Shown one piece after another: positions 22,064-31,383 of a DNA stretch of 64,000 nt. This DNA is from Polyangiaceae bacterium (GTDB lineage Bacteria; Myxococcota_A; Polyangia; Polyangiales; Polyangiaceae): NCBI GenBank assembly GCA_044376115.1, contig JBILLK010000003.1, positions 64,001 through 128,000 on the forward strand, in the 5' to 3' direction. Every line of letters begins with the position of its first letter. The first letter of the stretch is position 1. Both the position numbers and the translations under genes were made by a program. The notes under the pieces are model-generated. The model did not search any database. It worked only from the letters and a program-made list of their open reading frames with translations, and was not told where the DNA came from.

Positions 22064-23008
22064 TCAGCGCCGTGATTTGGGGTACCGAGCGGTGTTTCGA
22101 ACGAGCACTTCCGAGGTGGGCCCTCGCGTGGCGGTTTTCGATGAAATCGCCCGGGAAGCAGAGAGCGTGGTGATGTCGAATCCTCTATAGAGGTCATGCA
22201 CGGCTTCAGCATCGCTATTGGAGAGGGCGAGCAAACAACCCCGCCGATCCAATTCGCGAAACACCTCGGCCAGTCGAATCTGTTCATCTGAACCGAAGTG
22301 TCCGTTTGAGTAGGCAGCAAAGTTCGACGTCGGGCTGATCGGTACGTAGGGCGGGTCCAAGTAGATGACGTCTCCTGGCTCCGCGACTCGCAGGAGGTGC
22401 TCGAACGAGCGGTTCTCTACCGAGACGCCCGCGAGCGCGCGAGCCGCGGCGCGAAGCCTTGCTTCGTCGGCGATGGCTGGGTTTTGAAAGCGGCCCATCG
22501 GCACGTTGAACTCGCCAGCACGGTTGGTGCGGAACAGCCCGTTGAAGCAGGTCTTGTTGAGGTAGATGAGCCAGGCGGCCCGCTGCAGGCGCGAACCGCG
22601 GCTTGAGTTGAACTCGTCGCGGACCGCGTAGAAGTGCTCTTTTGAGTGGATGAGCTTCAGCTTGCGTAGAAGGCGAACCAGCGCGTCTGTCTCGTCGCGG
22701 ACCGTTTCATAGGTTGCAACGAGGTCGGTCAATTGGTCGCTCAGCACGAAGCGAGCCGCTTTGTGCTGATTGCGTAGCCAAAAGAACAAGGCTCCACCCC
22801 CGAGAAATGGCTCGCGATAGGTGCGAGTGGCCATATCCCGCGGCAACCGCTTGCCGATTTCCTCCGCCAGCGACCACTTCCCGCCAGCCCACTTCAAAAA
22901 GGGCTTCGACAGCAGCTCGGCCGGCTCGGGCGGATCTGGGGACTCGACAGCTGGCGCAGCCGGGGCGGGCAGTTTCCCCTTTCGGGTACGCTTTGCGGCT
23001 GGGGCCAT
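22064..23008 (-). CDS. dam: Dam-family (D12 class) N6-adenine DNA methyltransferase, orphan
   Basis: FLKWAGGK, EPFLGGGA, YLNKTCFNGLFRTN..GEFNVPMG, YLDPPY; no adjacent endonuclease gene. Confidence 0.92.
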   Translation of the reverse strand: MAPAAKRTRKGKLPAPAAPAVESPDPPEPAELLSKPFLKWAGGKWSLAEEIGKRLPRDMATRTYREPFLGGGALFFWLRNQHKAARFVLSDQLTDLVATYETVRDETDALVRLLRKLKLIHSKEHFYAVRDEFNSSRGSRLQRAAWLIYLNKTCFNGLFRTNRAGEFNVPMGRFQNPAIADEARLRAAARALAGVSVENRSFEHLLRVAEPGDVIYLDPPYVPISPTSNFAAYSNGHFGSDEQIRLAEVFRELDRRGCLLALSNSDAEAVHDLYRGFDITTLSASRAISSKTATRGPTSEVLVRNTARYPKSRR

Positions 23009-23086
23009 CGAACGAGCGGTTTCGCAGGGGTCGCCGGGCGAAGCAAGCGCGATGTTCGACGGCAGCTGAACCCGCCCTCGGAACGG

Positions 23087-23476
23087 TCACCTCTTGGCGG
23101 CGCGCGTGCGCTGAATCGTAATCCGCTTGACCTCGGCCTCGCGGATGACGGTCAGGGTTACCGAAGTGCCCTCGGGTCCACGCAAGGATTGCTTGAGTTC
23201 AGCGTCGGAAAGCGCAGCAACGTGTTTCCCATCCACCATCAGGACCTCGTCGTTCACCTGAAGCCCGTCGGGGATAGGTTCTGGCACCTCTTTCACGAAC
23301 AGCTCCCCCGCATCGGTTGAACGCCTGAGCACAACCCCGATCGACCCCAGCTCCGGCGGAGCGCCGCTGCAGGCGGAAAGCCCGAGCAACAACAGGATCG
23401 CGAGAAGCTCCAAACACTTGTTGCGGCCTTGGCGACTCGGCCTGGGGCGGCTCACGGTTTCAACCATCTGTACCAT
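23087..23476 (-). CDS. Small PDZ-domain lipoprotein
   Basis: Lipobox LSAC; GSIGV...GLQVNDEVLMVDG...LRGPEGTSVTLTVIR. Confidence 0.82.
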   Translation of the reverse strand: MVQMVETVSRPRPSRQGRNKCLELLAILLLLGLSACSGAPPELGSIGVVLRRSTDAGELFVKEVPEPIPDGLQVNDEVLMVDGKHVAALSDAELKQSLRGPEGTSVTLTVIREAEVKRITIQRTRAAKR

Positions 23477-23656
23477 CCTCGAACGTTGCGCAACGGCGTC
23501 GGGTAGCACTTTGCACGCTCTGCGCGAACAGCTGCGCGCGGTGCGAAACGACCGCCGCGGCAAACGCCGCTCTCGGCTGTCGAACATTTGCCACCGCCCA
23601 GAGATTTCTGCTCTTGTCGCGGCCTCGTACTTGCTTCAACACGGCGTTGTCATCTT

Positions 23657-24604
23657 ATGGCCACCTTGCAGCCACAGCTTTCCTCCGCACTCGACCAAGC
23701 GTCCCCTCCTGCGGTAATCGCTGGCCCAAAGGGTTGGAAGCGCCGGCTGGAAGACCCATTCAATACCTACTACCGCTACCCGGTGGCTCTGGTGATCACG
23801 CGCCTGCTGATGCACACGCCGGTCACGCCCAACCAGGTTTCCCTCGTCCAGCCGCTGTTCGCCGCTGTGGCGGGTTACGCAGTCACCTTCGATGACTGGC
23901 GCTACCATGTCTTTGCCGTTGCAGTCTTCGAGGTGCGCAGCATCCTTGATTGTGTCGACGGCTCCCTAGCCCGAGCCAAGCGGCTATCGAGCCCCAACGG
24001 CCACGCCATTGATGGCATCGCTGACTGGCTCGGCGTGGTGTTCCTTTACTTGGGCTTGTTCCACTACCTCTATCACCACCCTCCGATGGGAGTTTCGTCG
24101 CTGGTGGCTGTGGGGGTTGCCGCAGCGGCGTTGGGGCAGGGCGCTATTCGGTCGGCCTCCTCGGACTACTTCAAGAGCAAGTACATCGGAATCTACGAGC
24201 GCCAGAAGGACGACGCGCCGACGATCTTGCGCGACAAGCTGCTCGCTCTGAAGCCCGGAGCACCCATCTTCGGTTACGCGGACGCCTTCATTCTATGGGG
24301 CACGCATCTGCTGTTTGAGCTCGAGCGCTTTGACGCCCAAAAGACGAAGCCGCTGAGTCCCGCTGCCGTTGCGCACATGGTGGAGCGCGAGGGGTCACTG
24401 CAGACGCGGGTGACAGCGTTCCTTTGGAGCATCTCGAGCGGTGACGCGTTTCTGTCCTTCGTGGTTGTGTCGATTCTGGTTGGGCAGATCTGGCCCGTTC
24501 AGGTGTTTTTCGCGAGCTTCGGCACGCTGTGGATCGGGCTGTTCATTCTGTACAACGTGCGCTTCTTACGTGCCCAACGGCGAGTTGACGCGTCGGCGGT
24601 CTGA
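23657..24604 (+). CDS. CDP-alcohol phosphatidyltransferase family protein
   Basis: VTPNQVS and the signature DCVDGSLAR...GHAIDGIAD (DxxDGxxAR...GxxxDxxxD); multiple TM helices. Confidence 0.92.
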   Translation: MATLQPQLSSALDQASPPAVIAGPKGWKRRLEDPFNTYYRYPVALVITRLLMHTPVTPNQVSLVQPLFAAVAGYAVTFDDWRYHVFAVAVFEVRSILDCVDGSLARAKRLSSPNGHAIDGIADWLGVVFLYLGLFHYLYHHPPMGVSSLVAVGVAAAALGQGAIRSASSDYFKSKYIGIYERQKDDAPTILRDKLLALKPGAPIFGYADAFILWGTHLLFELERFDAQKTKPLSPAAVAHMVEREGSLQTRVTAFLWSISSGDAFLSFVVVSILVGQIWPVQVFFASFGTLWIGLFILYNVRFLRAQRRVDASAV

Positions 24605-24642
24605 CCGTTGCAGAGCAACGCTGGCGACTGTAGGAAGCCCTG

Positions 24643-26670
24643 GTGTTGCTTGCTGAAGCGTCTTCGCGCAAAGAGCTGACGAGCCTGGAAACGGCGCTGC
24701 ACAGGGGCGCGTCGTTTCTCGTCTCACTGCAGCGTTTGGATGGTCATTGGCCGGGGGACTACGGTGGCCCCCTCTTTCTATTGCCGGGCTTGTTGATTGC
24801 GTGCGCGGTAACGGGAGCGCCGCTGAGCGATGAGCGTCGTGCGAGCATGCTCCGCTACCTCCGTCACGTACAGAACGCCGACGGCGGCTTCGGTCTTCAC
24901 ATCGAGTCCGAGTCCTACGTTCTGGGCACCGTGTTGAACTACGTGGCGATGCGCTTGGCCGGTGCTCCCGCGGAGGATCCTGATGCAACGCGTGCTCGGC
25001 GTTGGCTTCGTGACCGTGGCGGTGCTCGCGGCGTTCCTACCTGGGGCAAGATCTGGCTTTCGGTACTGGGCTGTTACGACTGGGAGGGCGTCATGCCCAT
25101 TCCACCGGAGTTGTGGCTACTTCCGCGCAGCATGCCGATTCACCCAGGGAAGCTGTGGTGCCATACGCGCGCCATCCACTTGCCGGTCAGCTACCTCTAC
25201 GGCAAGCGCTTCGTCGGCCCCATCAGTGAGACTGTGCGTGAGCTGCGCACGGAGTTGTTTGTCGAGCCCTACGGTTCGATCGATTGGGTCAACGCTCGGG
25301 AATTCGTGCATCCCGGCGATGTCTCCTCGCCCCACAGCGCGTTGCTCAAGACGATCAACCGCGCTCTCGCCGCGGCGGAGCGGCGGGTGCCGCAGGCCCT
25401 TCGTAAACGCGCGCTCGAGTTTGTCGCCGATCAGATCCAGCACGAGGATGAGACGACTGGCTACTTGGACATCGGGCCTGTAAGCAAGGCGTTTCACATT
25501 GTTTGTGCACACGTTGCAGCGCCTGGCTCGGCTCGCTTCCAACGTCACCTCGAGCGCATCGAGGACTACCTTTGGGACGCTCCGGAGGGCACAAAGATGC
25601 AGGGGTATAACGGCTCGCAGTTCTGGGATACGGCCTTTGCTGTTCACGCGCTCGTCGAGTCAGGCCTCGAGCAGGTGCACGCCGTCGCGCTCAACAGGGC
25701 GCACGCCTTCATCGACCAGAACCAAGTGCGCGCCGATATCGAGCGCCACGACTTCTACTTTCGAGACCGCACAGGGGGCGCCTTTCCTTTCTCGACGGCC
25801 GAACAAGGCTGGACGGTCAGCGACTGCACCGCGAAAGGCATTACGGCGTCTCTATTGCTCACGCCCCTGGTGGAACGGCCGCTTGGAGAAGCTCGGCTTG
25901 GGCAGGCCGTCGACGTCCTCTTGCGCGACCAAAACAAAGACGGAGGCTGGTCCGAGTACGAGCCAGCGCGAGCAGGCGAGTGGGTGGAACAGCTCAACGC
26001 CGCCGAGGTGTTTGGGCGCATCATGGTTGCGTACTCCTACGTCGAGACAACCTCGGCGTGCATTCAGGCCTTGGCCGCATTTCGTCGCAACTACCCAGCC
26101 AATCGTACGCACGAGATCCAGTCGGCGGTGCGGCGCGGTCTGGCCTACCTCCATGAGCAACAGCGTCCGGATGGCAGCTTCTACGGTGGATGGGGTGTTT
26201 GCTTTACCTATGCCACCTGGTTCGGCATCGAGGGGCTGCTAGCGGCAGGGGAATCAGCCGAGTCGCTCGCGGTCGTGCGCGCCGTGCAGTTCCTTCTTGA
26301 GCAACAAGCCGAGGATGGGGGCTTTGGCGAGAGTTACAAGTCGTGTGTGGAACGTCGCTGGGTTCCGCACCCCGATGGTTCTCAGGTCGTGCAGACCGCC
26401 TGGGCGCTTCTTGGGCTGAGCGCAGTTCGCCCGAAGCTGCGAACGAGCACCTTTGCGGATCATATTGATCGCGCGAGCGAGAGGGGTGCACACTTTCTAC
26501 GCAGCCGACAGCTGGCCAACGGTGATTGGCCCAATGAGGGAATCACCGGAGTCTTCAACAAGACCTGCATGATTCACTACGACAACTATCGACGTGTAAT
26601 GCCGGTTTGGGCGCTTGGTCGCTACCTCGCGACCAAGCGCTCCAGCTCAGCGTCGCACCCCGGCGGGTGA
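24643..26670 (+). CDS. osc: 2,3-oxidosqualene cyclase (sterol-type triterpene cyclase)
   Basis: GHWPGDYGGPLFL, HPGKLWCHTR, KMQGYNGSQFWDTAF, catalytic SDCTA (not the DxDD of SHC), GWGVCFTY, multiple QW repeats. Confidence 0.95.
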   Translation: MLLAEASSRKELTSLETALHRGASFLVSLQRLDGHWPGDYGGPLFLLPGLLIACAVTGAPLSDERRASMLRYLRHVQNADGGFGLHIESESYVLGTVLNYVAMRLAGAPAEDPDATRARRWLRDRGGARGVPTWGKIWLSVLGCYDWEGVMPIPPELWLLPRSMPIHPGKLWCHTRAIHLPVSYLYGKRFVGPISETVRELRTELFVEPYGSIDWVNAREFVHPGDVSSPHSALLKTINRALAAAERRVPQALRKRALEFVADQIQHEDETTGYLDIGPVSKAFHIVCAHVAAPGSARFQRHLERIEDYLWDAPEGTKMQGYNGSQFWDTAFAVHALVESGLEQVHAVALNRAHAFIDQNQVRADIERHDFYFRDRTGGAFPFSTAEQGWTVSDCTAKGITASLLLTPLVERPLGEARLGQAVDVLLRDQNKDGGWSEYEPARAGEWVEQLNAAEVFGRIMVAYSYVETTSACIQALAAFRRNYPANRTHEIQSAVRRGLAYLHEQQRPDGSFYGGWGVCFTYATWFGIEGLLAAGESAESLAVVRAVQFLLEQQAEDGGFGESYKSCVERRWVPHPDGSQVVQTAWALLGLSAVRPKLRTSTFADHIDRASERGAHFLRSRQLANGDWPNEGITGVFNKTCMIHYDNYRRVMPVWALGRYLATKRSSSASHPGG

Positions 26671-26678
26671 GCCCAGCG

Positions 26679-28388
26679 TTAGCCGCGCAGCGCCTGGGCG
26701 ATGAGCTTCGGCAGCTTCAAAAGCGAGGGATGCGCCTCGAGTTCGCAGAGCGCCATCGCTGTCTTCGCCTGCGTCTTGTGGTCAGTGAACCAAAGTGGCG
26801 TCGGGTTCATCCTAAATGGAGCGCGGACAACTGACTTTTGCGGGTGGTCGAAGAGGTAAGCGTTGTGCACAACGCCTCTACCGCTCTGAATGTCGGTCAG
26901 AGTATGCCCGGGGAACGCGCCCCACGTCGTGACGACGAGCGCGTACAGCACTCCCGCAAAGGCGTTGATGGCGATACCGCCGTAGCGAAGGTCTGCGATG
27001 AGCTTCTCAAAGGCGTCAGCTTGCTGCTTCTGCGTCGCTTCGTCGCAGATGATCATGCACGACAAGGTCCCCCACATCACGTCATTGGCGAACGGGGCAG
27101 CTGCCTCGATGAACTCCTTCGCGTTAGCGGCTTCCAGCTCTACGAGCGCCAAAACGCCACAGAACGCTTCGTTGCTCAGCGCGTACTCACCTTTCGTCGG
27201 TGGGACTCCAGGAATCAGGGTCCACGGGACAACGCCCTCCGTTGCTGGCCCAACCTTGTCGGCGCTCGGGTAGTGATCGAGGAACGCCTGATAACGTTGC
27301 TCTGCGCCTGGGTAGTACGCCTTGCGCGGCGGCATGCTCGCTAGCTTCTCTCGGACCCGCGCGATGAAGGCGTCCTTCTGGTCCCAACCCTTCGCCACGA
27401 CGAGCACTTTCGCCGCATTGCAGTTGAAGCTCGCGTTGTTGCAGACCATCGAGGCGACGTTCCGCGCTTGGTAGTCCAAGTCCTTGTCTGTCCAACGGCC
27501 GGGCACCACGAGAACCGGCGTCACCGCCCCCAACTCGGAGCTGATCGGCTTGGTGATCAGCGGATCATTCGCTGCTTTGCGTCGCTGTTGCTCTTCGGCA
27601 TCTCGTCCCCAAACGATCGCATCGTGAGTGCGGTCTGAGCCAGTCATGTGAATCGTGTCCACCGAGGGATGGTTGACCAAGAAGCTGCCAACTTCGGCTC
27701 CACCGTGCACGACGGCAAAAACGCCCTCATCGATCAGAGGTCGCAACGCCTCTTCGATGTGCGGCCCAAGGTACGCGTTGACGGGGTTGGTCTTGAGGAT
27801 CACCACCTCATCCTCCGCAAACAGCTTGTAGAGCGCATCCATGGGTCCAATCGAAGCGACGTTCCCCGCGCCGAGGACGAGCGCCAACTTCCCATGCGTT
27901 GGATTCCCGAGGTTCTTTTCTCGGTAGATTTTGCCCTGGGTAGGGGCTTGGCCAGGCTCGATCCAAACCTCAGCCGTGACCCCGCCCATCATCAACTTGT
28001 CGAGGGTATTGGCGGGAAAAACCTGGGCCGCAACCTGGTCTTTGGCGACCGAACGGAGCGCGGCTGGCGGCGGACTTCCTCCGTAGCGGAGCGCCTCGAT
28101 CAGGGACCGTAGATTTTTGATCGTGGTTACCGGCCCGCCTAGCCATTCTTCTCCAGCCTGAGCTGAGTCCGAGGAGATTCCCTTGGCTTTACAGGCATCT
28201 TGGACCCAGGCCTCCCGAACGCGCATGGTGTGTTCGATGCAGCGCTCGAGCAGTTGGATGCGGTCTCCAACGCCCAGCTTGACCCAATCCTCCTTGGCAG
28301 AAGCCAGGACCTTGAGCTTCTTCTCCACCTCACTGAGGGGGGTCGGGGGTACGGCAGCGGGCGGTTCAGGAAATTGCGGGGACGCCAT
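26679..28388 (-). CDS. Aldehyde dehydrogenase family protein
   Basis: LVLGAGN, ILKTNPVN, HMTGS, SELG, NASFNC (catalytic Cys), NEAF. Confidence 0.88.
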   Translation of the reverse strand: MASPQFPEPPAAVPPTPLSEVEKKLKVLASAKEDWVKLGVGDRIQLLERCIEHTMRVREAWVQDACKAKGISSDSAQAGEEWLGGPVTTIKNLRSLIEALRYGGSPPPAALRSVAKDQVAAQVFPANTLDKLMMGGVTAEVWIEPGQAPTQGKIYREKNLGNPTHGKLALVLGAGNVASIGPMDALYKLFAEDEVVILKTNPVNAYLGPHIEEALRPLIDEGVFAVVHGGAEVGSFLVNHPSVDTIHMTGSDRTHDAIVWGRDAEEQQRRKAANDPLITKPISSELGAVTPVLVVPGRWTDKDLDYQARNVASMVCNNASFNCNAAKVLVVAKGWDQKDAFIARVREKLASMPPRKAYYPGAEQRYQAFLDHYPSADKVGPATEGVVPWTLIPGVPPTKGEYALSNEAFCGVLALVELEAANAKEFIEAAAPFANDVMWGTLSCMIICDEATQKQQADAFEKLIADLRYGGIAINAFAGVLYALVVTTWGAFPGHTLTDIQSGRGVVHNAYLFDHPQKSVVRAPFRMNPTPLWFTDHKTQAKTAMALCELEAHPSLLKLPKLIAQALRG

Positions 28389-28561
28389 GGCGGCGCAGCC
28401 TAGCAGCCCGCTCCACCTGAACAAACGCGGACAACCACGAGGGCGCCTCTGACGTTTTGTTAAGAATGGAAAAAAGCCGCCACCCGCAGCAAAGCAGCGC
28501 TAGAAAGAGAAACCCTTTTTCGGGGTCGGCCACCAGGCGGTGGCAAAGCTGGAGTGGAGTA

Positions 28562-30181
28562 ATGAACAAAGGCACGGCCATCGTTGGCTTTATTCTTTCG
28601 TTTCTGGCGGGGATGCTCCTCGTTTGGGGTATCGACCGCGGCTCGAACGGTACGGCATCTGCCACCCGTGAAAAGGGTGCGCAAGGGTCCGCTGTAGACG
28701 GCAAGGGAGCAAACCCGGGGGCAGTCGCAGTTGAACTCTACGTCATGTCACAGTGCCCCTACGGCGTTCAGGCCGAGGACGCGTTCAAGGCCGTTGTCGA
28801 CAAGTTCGGCGGCGACATCGACTTCAAGGTCGAGTTCATCGGCCAAGAGAAGGACGGCGTTCTCACTTCGATGCACGGTCCGAAGGAGGTCAAAGGCAAC
28901 CTCGTTCAGATCTGCGCAATGAAGCACGCCCCGGCAAAGTGGTACGACATGATGCTTTGCCAAAACAAGAACATGCGCGAGGTCGATACGAACTGGGAGG
29001 CCTGCTCTTCCACGCTCGGCATCAACGTCGAAGCGATTCGTACCTGCGCTGACGGTGAAGAAGGCAAGAGCCTACTCGCAACCTCCTTCAAGAAGGCTGC
29101 TGAGAAGGGCGCCCGCGGAAGCCCGACGATCATGATCGGTGGCAAGAAGCACGAGGGTGGCCGTCGCGCCCCCGACCTGATGAAGGCCATCTGCAACGCT
29201 TACACGGGCGCAAAGCCGGCTGCTTGCAGCGACATCCCGGAGTCGCCCAAGGTCAACGTCACGCTGCTCGGCGACAAGCGCTGCGCAGAGTGCGACACGA
29301 AGCGCATGGAGGGCCAGGTTCGCCAAAAGGTCGCGAACCCCGTGATCACCACGCTCGACTACACCACGCCCGAAGGCAAGAAGCTGTTCGACGCGATCAA
29401 GCCCGTCAACCTCCCCGCGATGGTGTTTGATGGCACGCTGGACGCCGACAAGGACGCTTCGACCGCACTGGCCCGTGGGCTCAAGCCCGTTGGCGACTAC
29501 AAGGTTCAGGCGGCTGGCGGTTGGAACCCCCTCTGCGCTGATGACGGCGGATGCAACCTCGAGGAGTGCAAGGCCACTCTCCAGTGTCGTCCGGAAGAGC
29601 CCAACAAGCTCGAGGTCTTCGTGATGTCTGAGTGTCCCTTCGGCGTGAAGGGCCTCGACGCAATGAAGGAGGTTCTCGAGAACTTCAAGAAGAACGACGC
29701 GAAGATCGATTTCCGCGTCAACTTCATTGGCGACGGCGACGCGTCGAGCCTCAAGTCAATGCACGGCCAGTCCGAAGTTGACGAGGACATTCGTGAAATC
29801 TGCGCGATCGAGCACTACGGCGAGAACCTGAAGTACATGGACTACATCTGGTGCCGTAACAAGAACATCAAGGACAAGAACTGGCAGTCCTGCACCGGTG
29901 GGGACACCGGCATTGACACCGCCGTGATCGAGAAGTGCTTCAGCGGTGACGAGGGCAAGAACCTGCTCGCGAAGTCGTTCGCCTACTCGAAGGCAGCTGG
30001 CTTCGGCGCCAGCCCGACCTGGCTCGCCAACGGCAAGTACAAGTTCTCCGGTATCGACCCGGAGACGGTCAAGACCAACGTGTGCAAGTACAACAAGCTC
30101 GGTGGCTGTGACGCCAAGCTCTCTGGCCCGCCCGCCGCGGCCCAGAAGCCGGGTGCAGCAGCTCCTGGCTGTGGTGGCTGA
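28562..30181 (+). CDS. Exported Cys-rich protein with two GILT-like thioredoxin-fold domains and a central CxxC domain
   Basis: N-terminal TM/signal; duplicated motifs LYVMSQCPYG/VFVMSECPFG, SMHGPKEV/SMHGQSEV, GSPT/ASPT (cis-Pro-like); central DKRCAEC. Confidence 0.7.
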   Translation: MNKGTAIVGFILSFLAGMLLVWGIDRGSNGTASATREKGAQGSAVDGKGANPGAVAVELYVMSQCPYGVQAEDAFKAVVDKFGGDIDFKVEFIGQEKDGVLTSMHGPKEVKGNLVQICAMKHAPAKWYDMMLCQNKNMREVDTNWEACSSTLGINVEAIRTCADGEEGKSLLATSFKKAAEKGARGSPTIMIGGKKHEGGRRAPDLMKAICNAYTGAKPAACSDIPESPKVNVTLLGDKRCAECDTKRMEGQVRQKVANPVITTLDYTTPEGKKLFDAIKPVNLPAMVFDGTLDADKDASTALARGLKPVGDYKVQAAGGWNPLCADDGGCNLEECKATLQCRPEEPNKLEVFVMSECPFGVKGLDAMKEVLENFKKNDAKIDFRVNFIGDGDASSLKSMHGQSEVDEDIREICAIEHYGENLKYMDYIWCRNKNIKDKNWQSCTGGDTGIDTAVIEKCFSGDEGKNLLAKSFAYSKAAGFGASPTWLANGKYKFSGIDPETVKTNVCKYNKLGGCDAKLSGPPAAAQKPGAAAPGCGG

Positions 30182-30199
30182 GCACCGTTCCACATAAGC

Positions 30200-30230
30200 A
30201 AAAAGGCCGCGTAAGCGGCCTTTTTCTTTT
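30200..30230. terminator. Bidirectional intrinsic terminator
   Basis: AAAAAGGCCGC-GTAA-GCGGCCTTTTT between the convergent CDS and tRNA. Confidence 0.9.
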
Positions 30231-30255
30231 CGAACCCTGTCGAAACCAGCGTTTG

Positions 30256-30342
30256 CGGAGAGGGCGGGATTCGAACCCGCGGTAGAGTTTCCCCTACGCG
30301 TGCTTAGCAAGCACGTGCCTTAGGCCACTCGGCCACCTCTCC
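30256..30342 (-). tRNA. tRNA-Ser(GCT)
   Basis: Minus strand GGAGAGG...TGGCCGAGTGG...CGTGC-TTGCTAA-GCACG, long variable arm, GGTTCGAATCC, CCTCTCCG; CCA not encoded. Confidence 0.97.
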
Positions 30343-30484
30343 AAACTTCAATCTGTAAAGCGGAGCGGAGATTACACAAAGGCTCCGCCACTTAAAAGCA
30401 AAACGACCTTGGGTCGTGTCGTCGAGCGAAATGAACGGACGGCGTCAGCTCTAACCACTGACGCCGAACCGTCCTAAGCCCCGA

Positions 30485-30859
30485 TCACTCCGGGGTATCG
30501 CAGCCAGCCCAAGCCTTCAGATCGGCCTTCTCAGTGGCTGAAAGCTGCACGTCCGTTGCCGGCGGCATGGGGTAGGTAGCGTCGTCTTCAAGAGTCCCAA
30601 GCAACTTTTCTGGGAACTTCTTGGCCTCCTCATACGTGTCATAGTTGTACTCGAGCGGCGCATTGGCGCGCGAGACAAGGTCGGTCAGGCTGCTGTTGTG
30701 ACACGAGGTGCATTTCCCAAATGCAACGCTCAGCTCTGAATAACCTTTGGGCGTGACAGTGGAGCAATCCACCGTCGACTCCGTGTCATCTCCACAGCCT
30801 GCAAAAGCCGCGACCGCAAAAAGCACCGAGAAACCTGCTGCAAAGAACCGTTTCGACAC
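30485..30859 (-). CDS. Small c-type cytochrome lipoprotein
   Basis: Lipobox FAGC, heme motif CTSCH, candidate distal Met in YPMPP, C-terminal LS..EK..LKAW helix. Confidence 0.82.
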   Translation of the reverse strand: MSKRFFAAGFSVLFAVAAFAGCGDDTESTVDCSTVTPKGYSELSVAFGKCTSCHNSSLTDLVSRANAPLEYNYDTYEEAKKFPEKLLGTLEDDATYPMPPATDVQLSATEKADLKAWAGCDTPE

Positions 30860-31082
30860 CGAGGCCTCCTCTTAACCAGACCGCTCACCGTGCGGACCCG
30901 AAAACATATAGCGGCCTCCACGCCAACCCACCAGGCGGTTCAACAAAACGTTGAATGGTTGGCCTCCGTTGCACGTCAATCACCAGGCTCTGACGCCGTG
31001 TCGCACGGCGCGAGGTTGTCCACATGGGCACCTCAAATTGGTCCGTCGAGCCGCTCCATTGAGCCCAACCGGAGGTCGCAAC

Positions 31083-31292
31083 ATGACCCGATTGTTCCCC
31101 CGCTCATCCTCTCGCTCCGTTGTGCGAGGGGCTATGTTCATTCTTGCCGTCGTTGTCTCTGGCTGCACCGTCAAGGTTGGTGGAGCTCCTCCGACGAACT
31201 ACGACTACTCCGAGTACGAGACGTACGGCACGACGCACGGAGAGAGCCCCTCTTACGAAACGGCGAGCCGAGCAGCCTCTCAACCAAAGTAG
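31083..31292 (+). CDS. Small putative lipoprotein (69 aa)
   Basis: GGAGG RBS at 31071, hydrophobic stretch with VSGC lipobox, Tyr/acidic tail. Confidence 0.55.
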   Translation: MTRLFPRSSSRSVVRGAMFILAVVVSGCTVKVGGAPPTNYDYSEYETYGTTHGESPSYETASRAASQPK

Positions 31293-31383
31293 GTCGTACT
31301 GCGTTCAGTGGTGCTCCCCAAAAAAGACCTTGTGGGGGATTGCTTGCTGCGGATCCCCTCCGTAAGCTCACGCCGAACCACGG

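Noticed and set aside
30256..30342. tRNA-Ser as an island insertion site; CAA instead of CCA at the 3' end
   Set aside because: No duplicated tRNA 3' end or integrase seen nearby; non-encoded CCA is common
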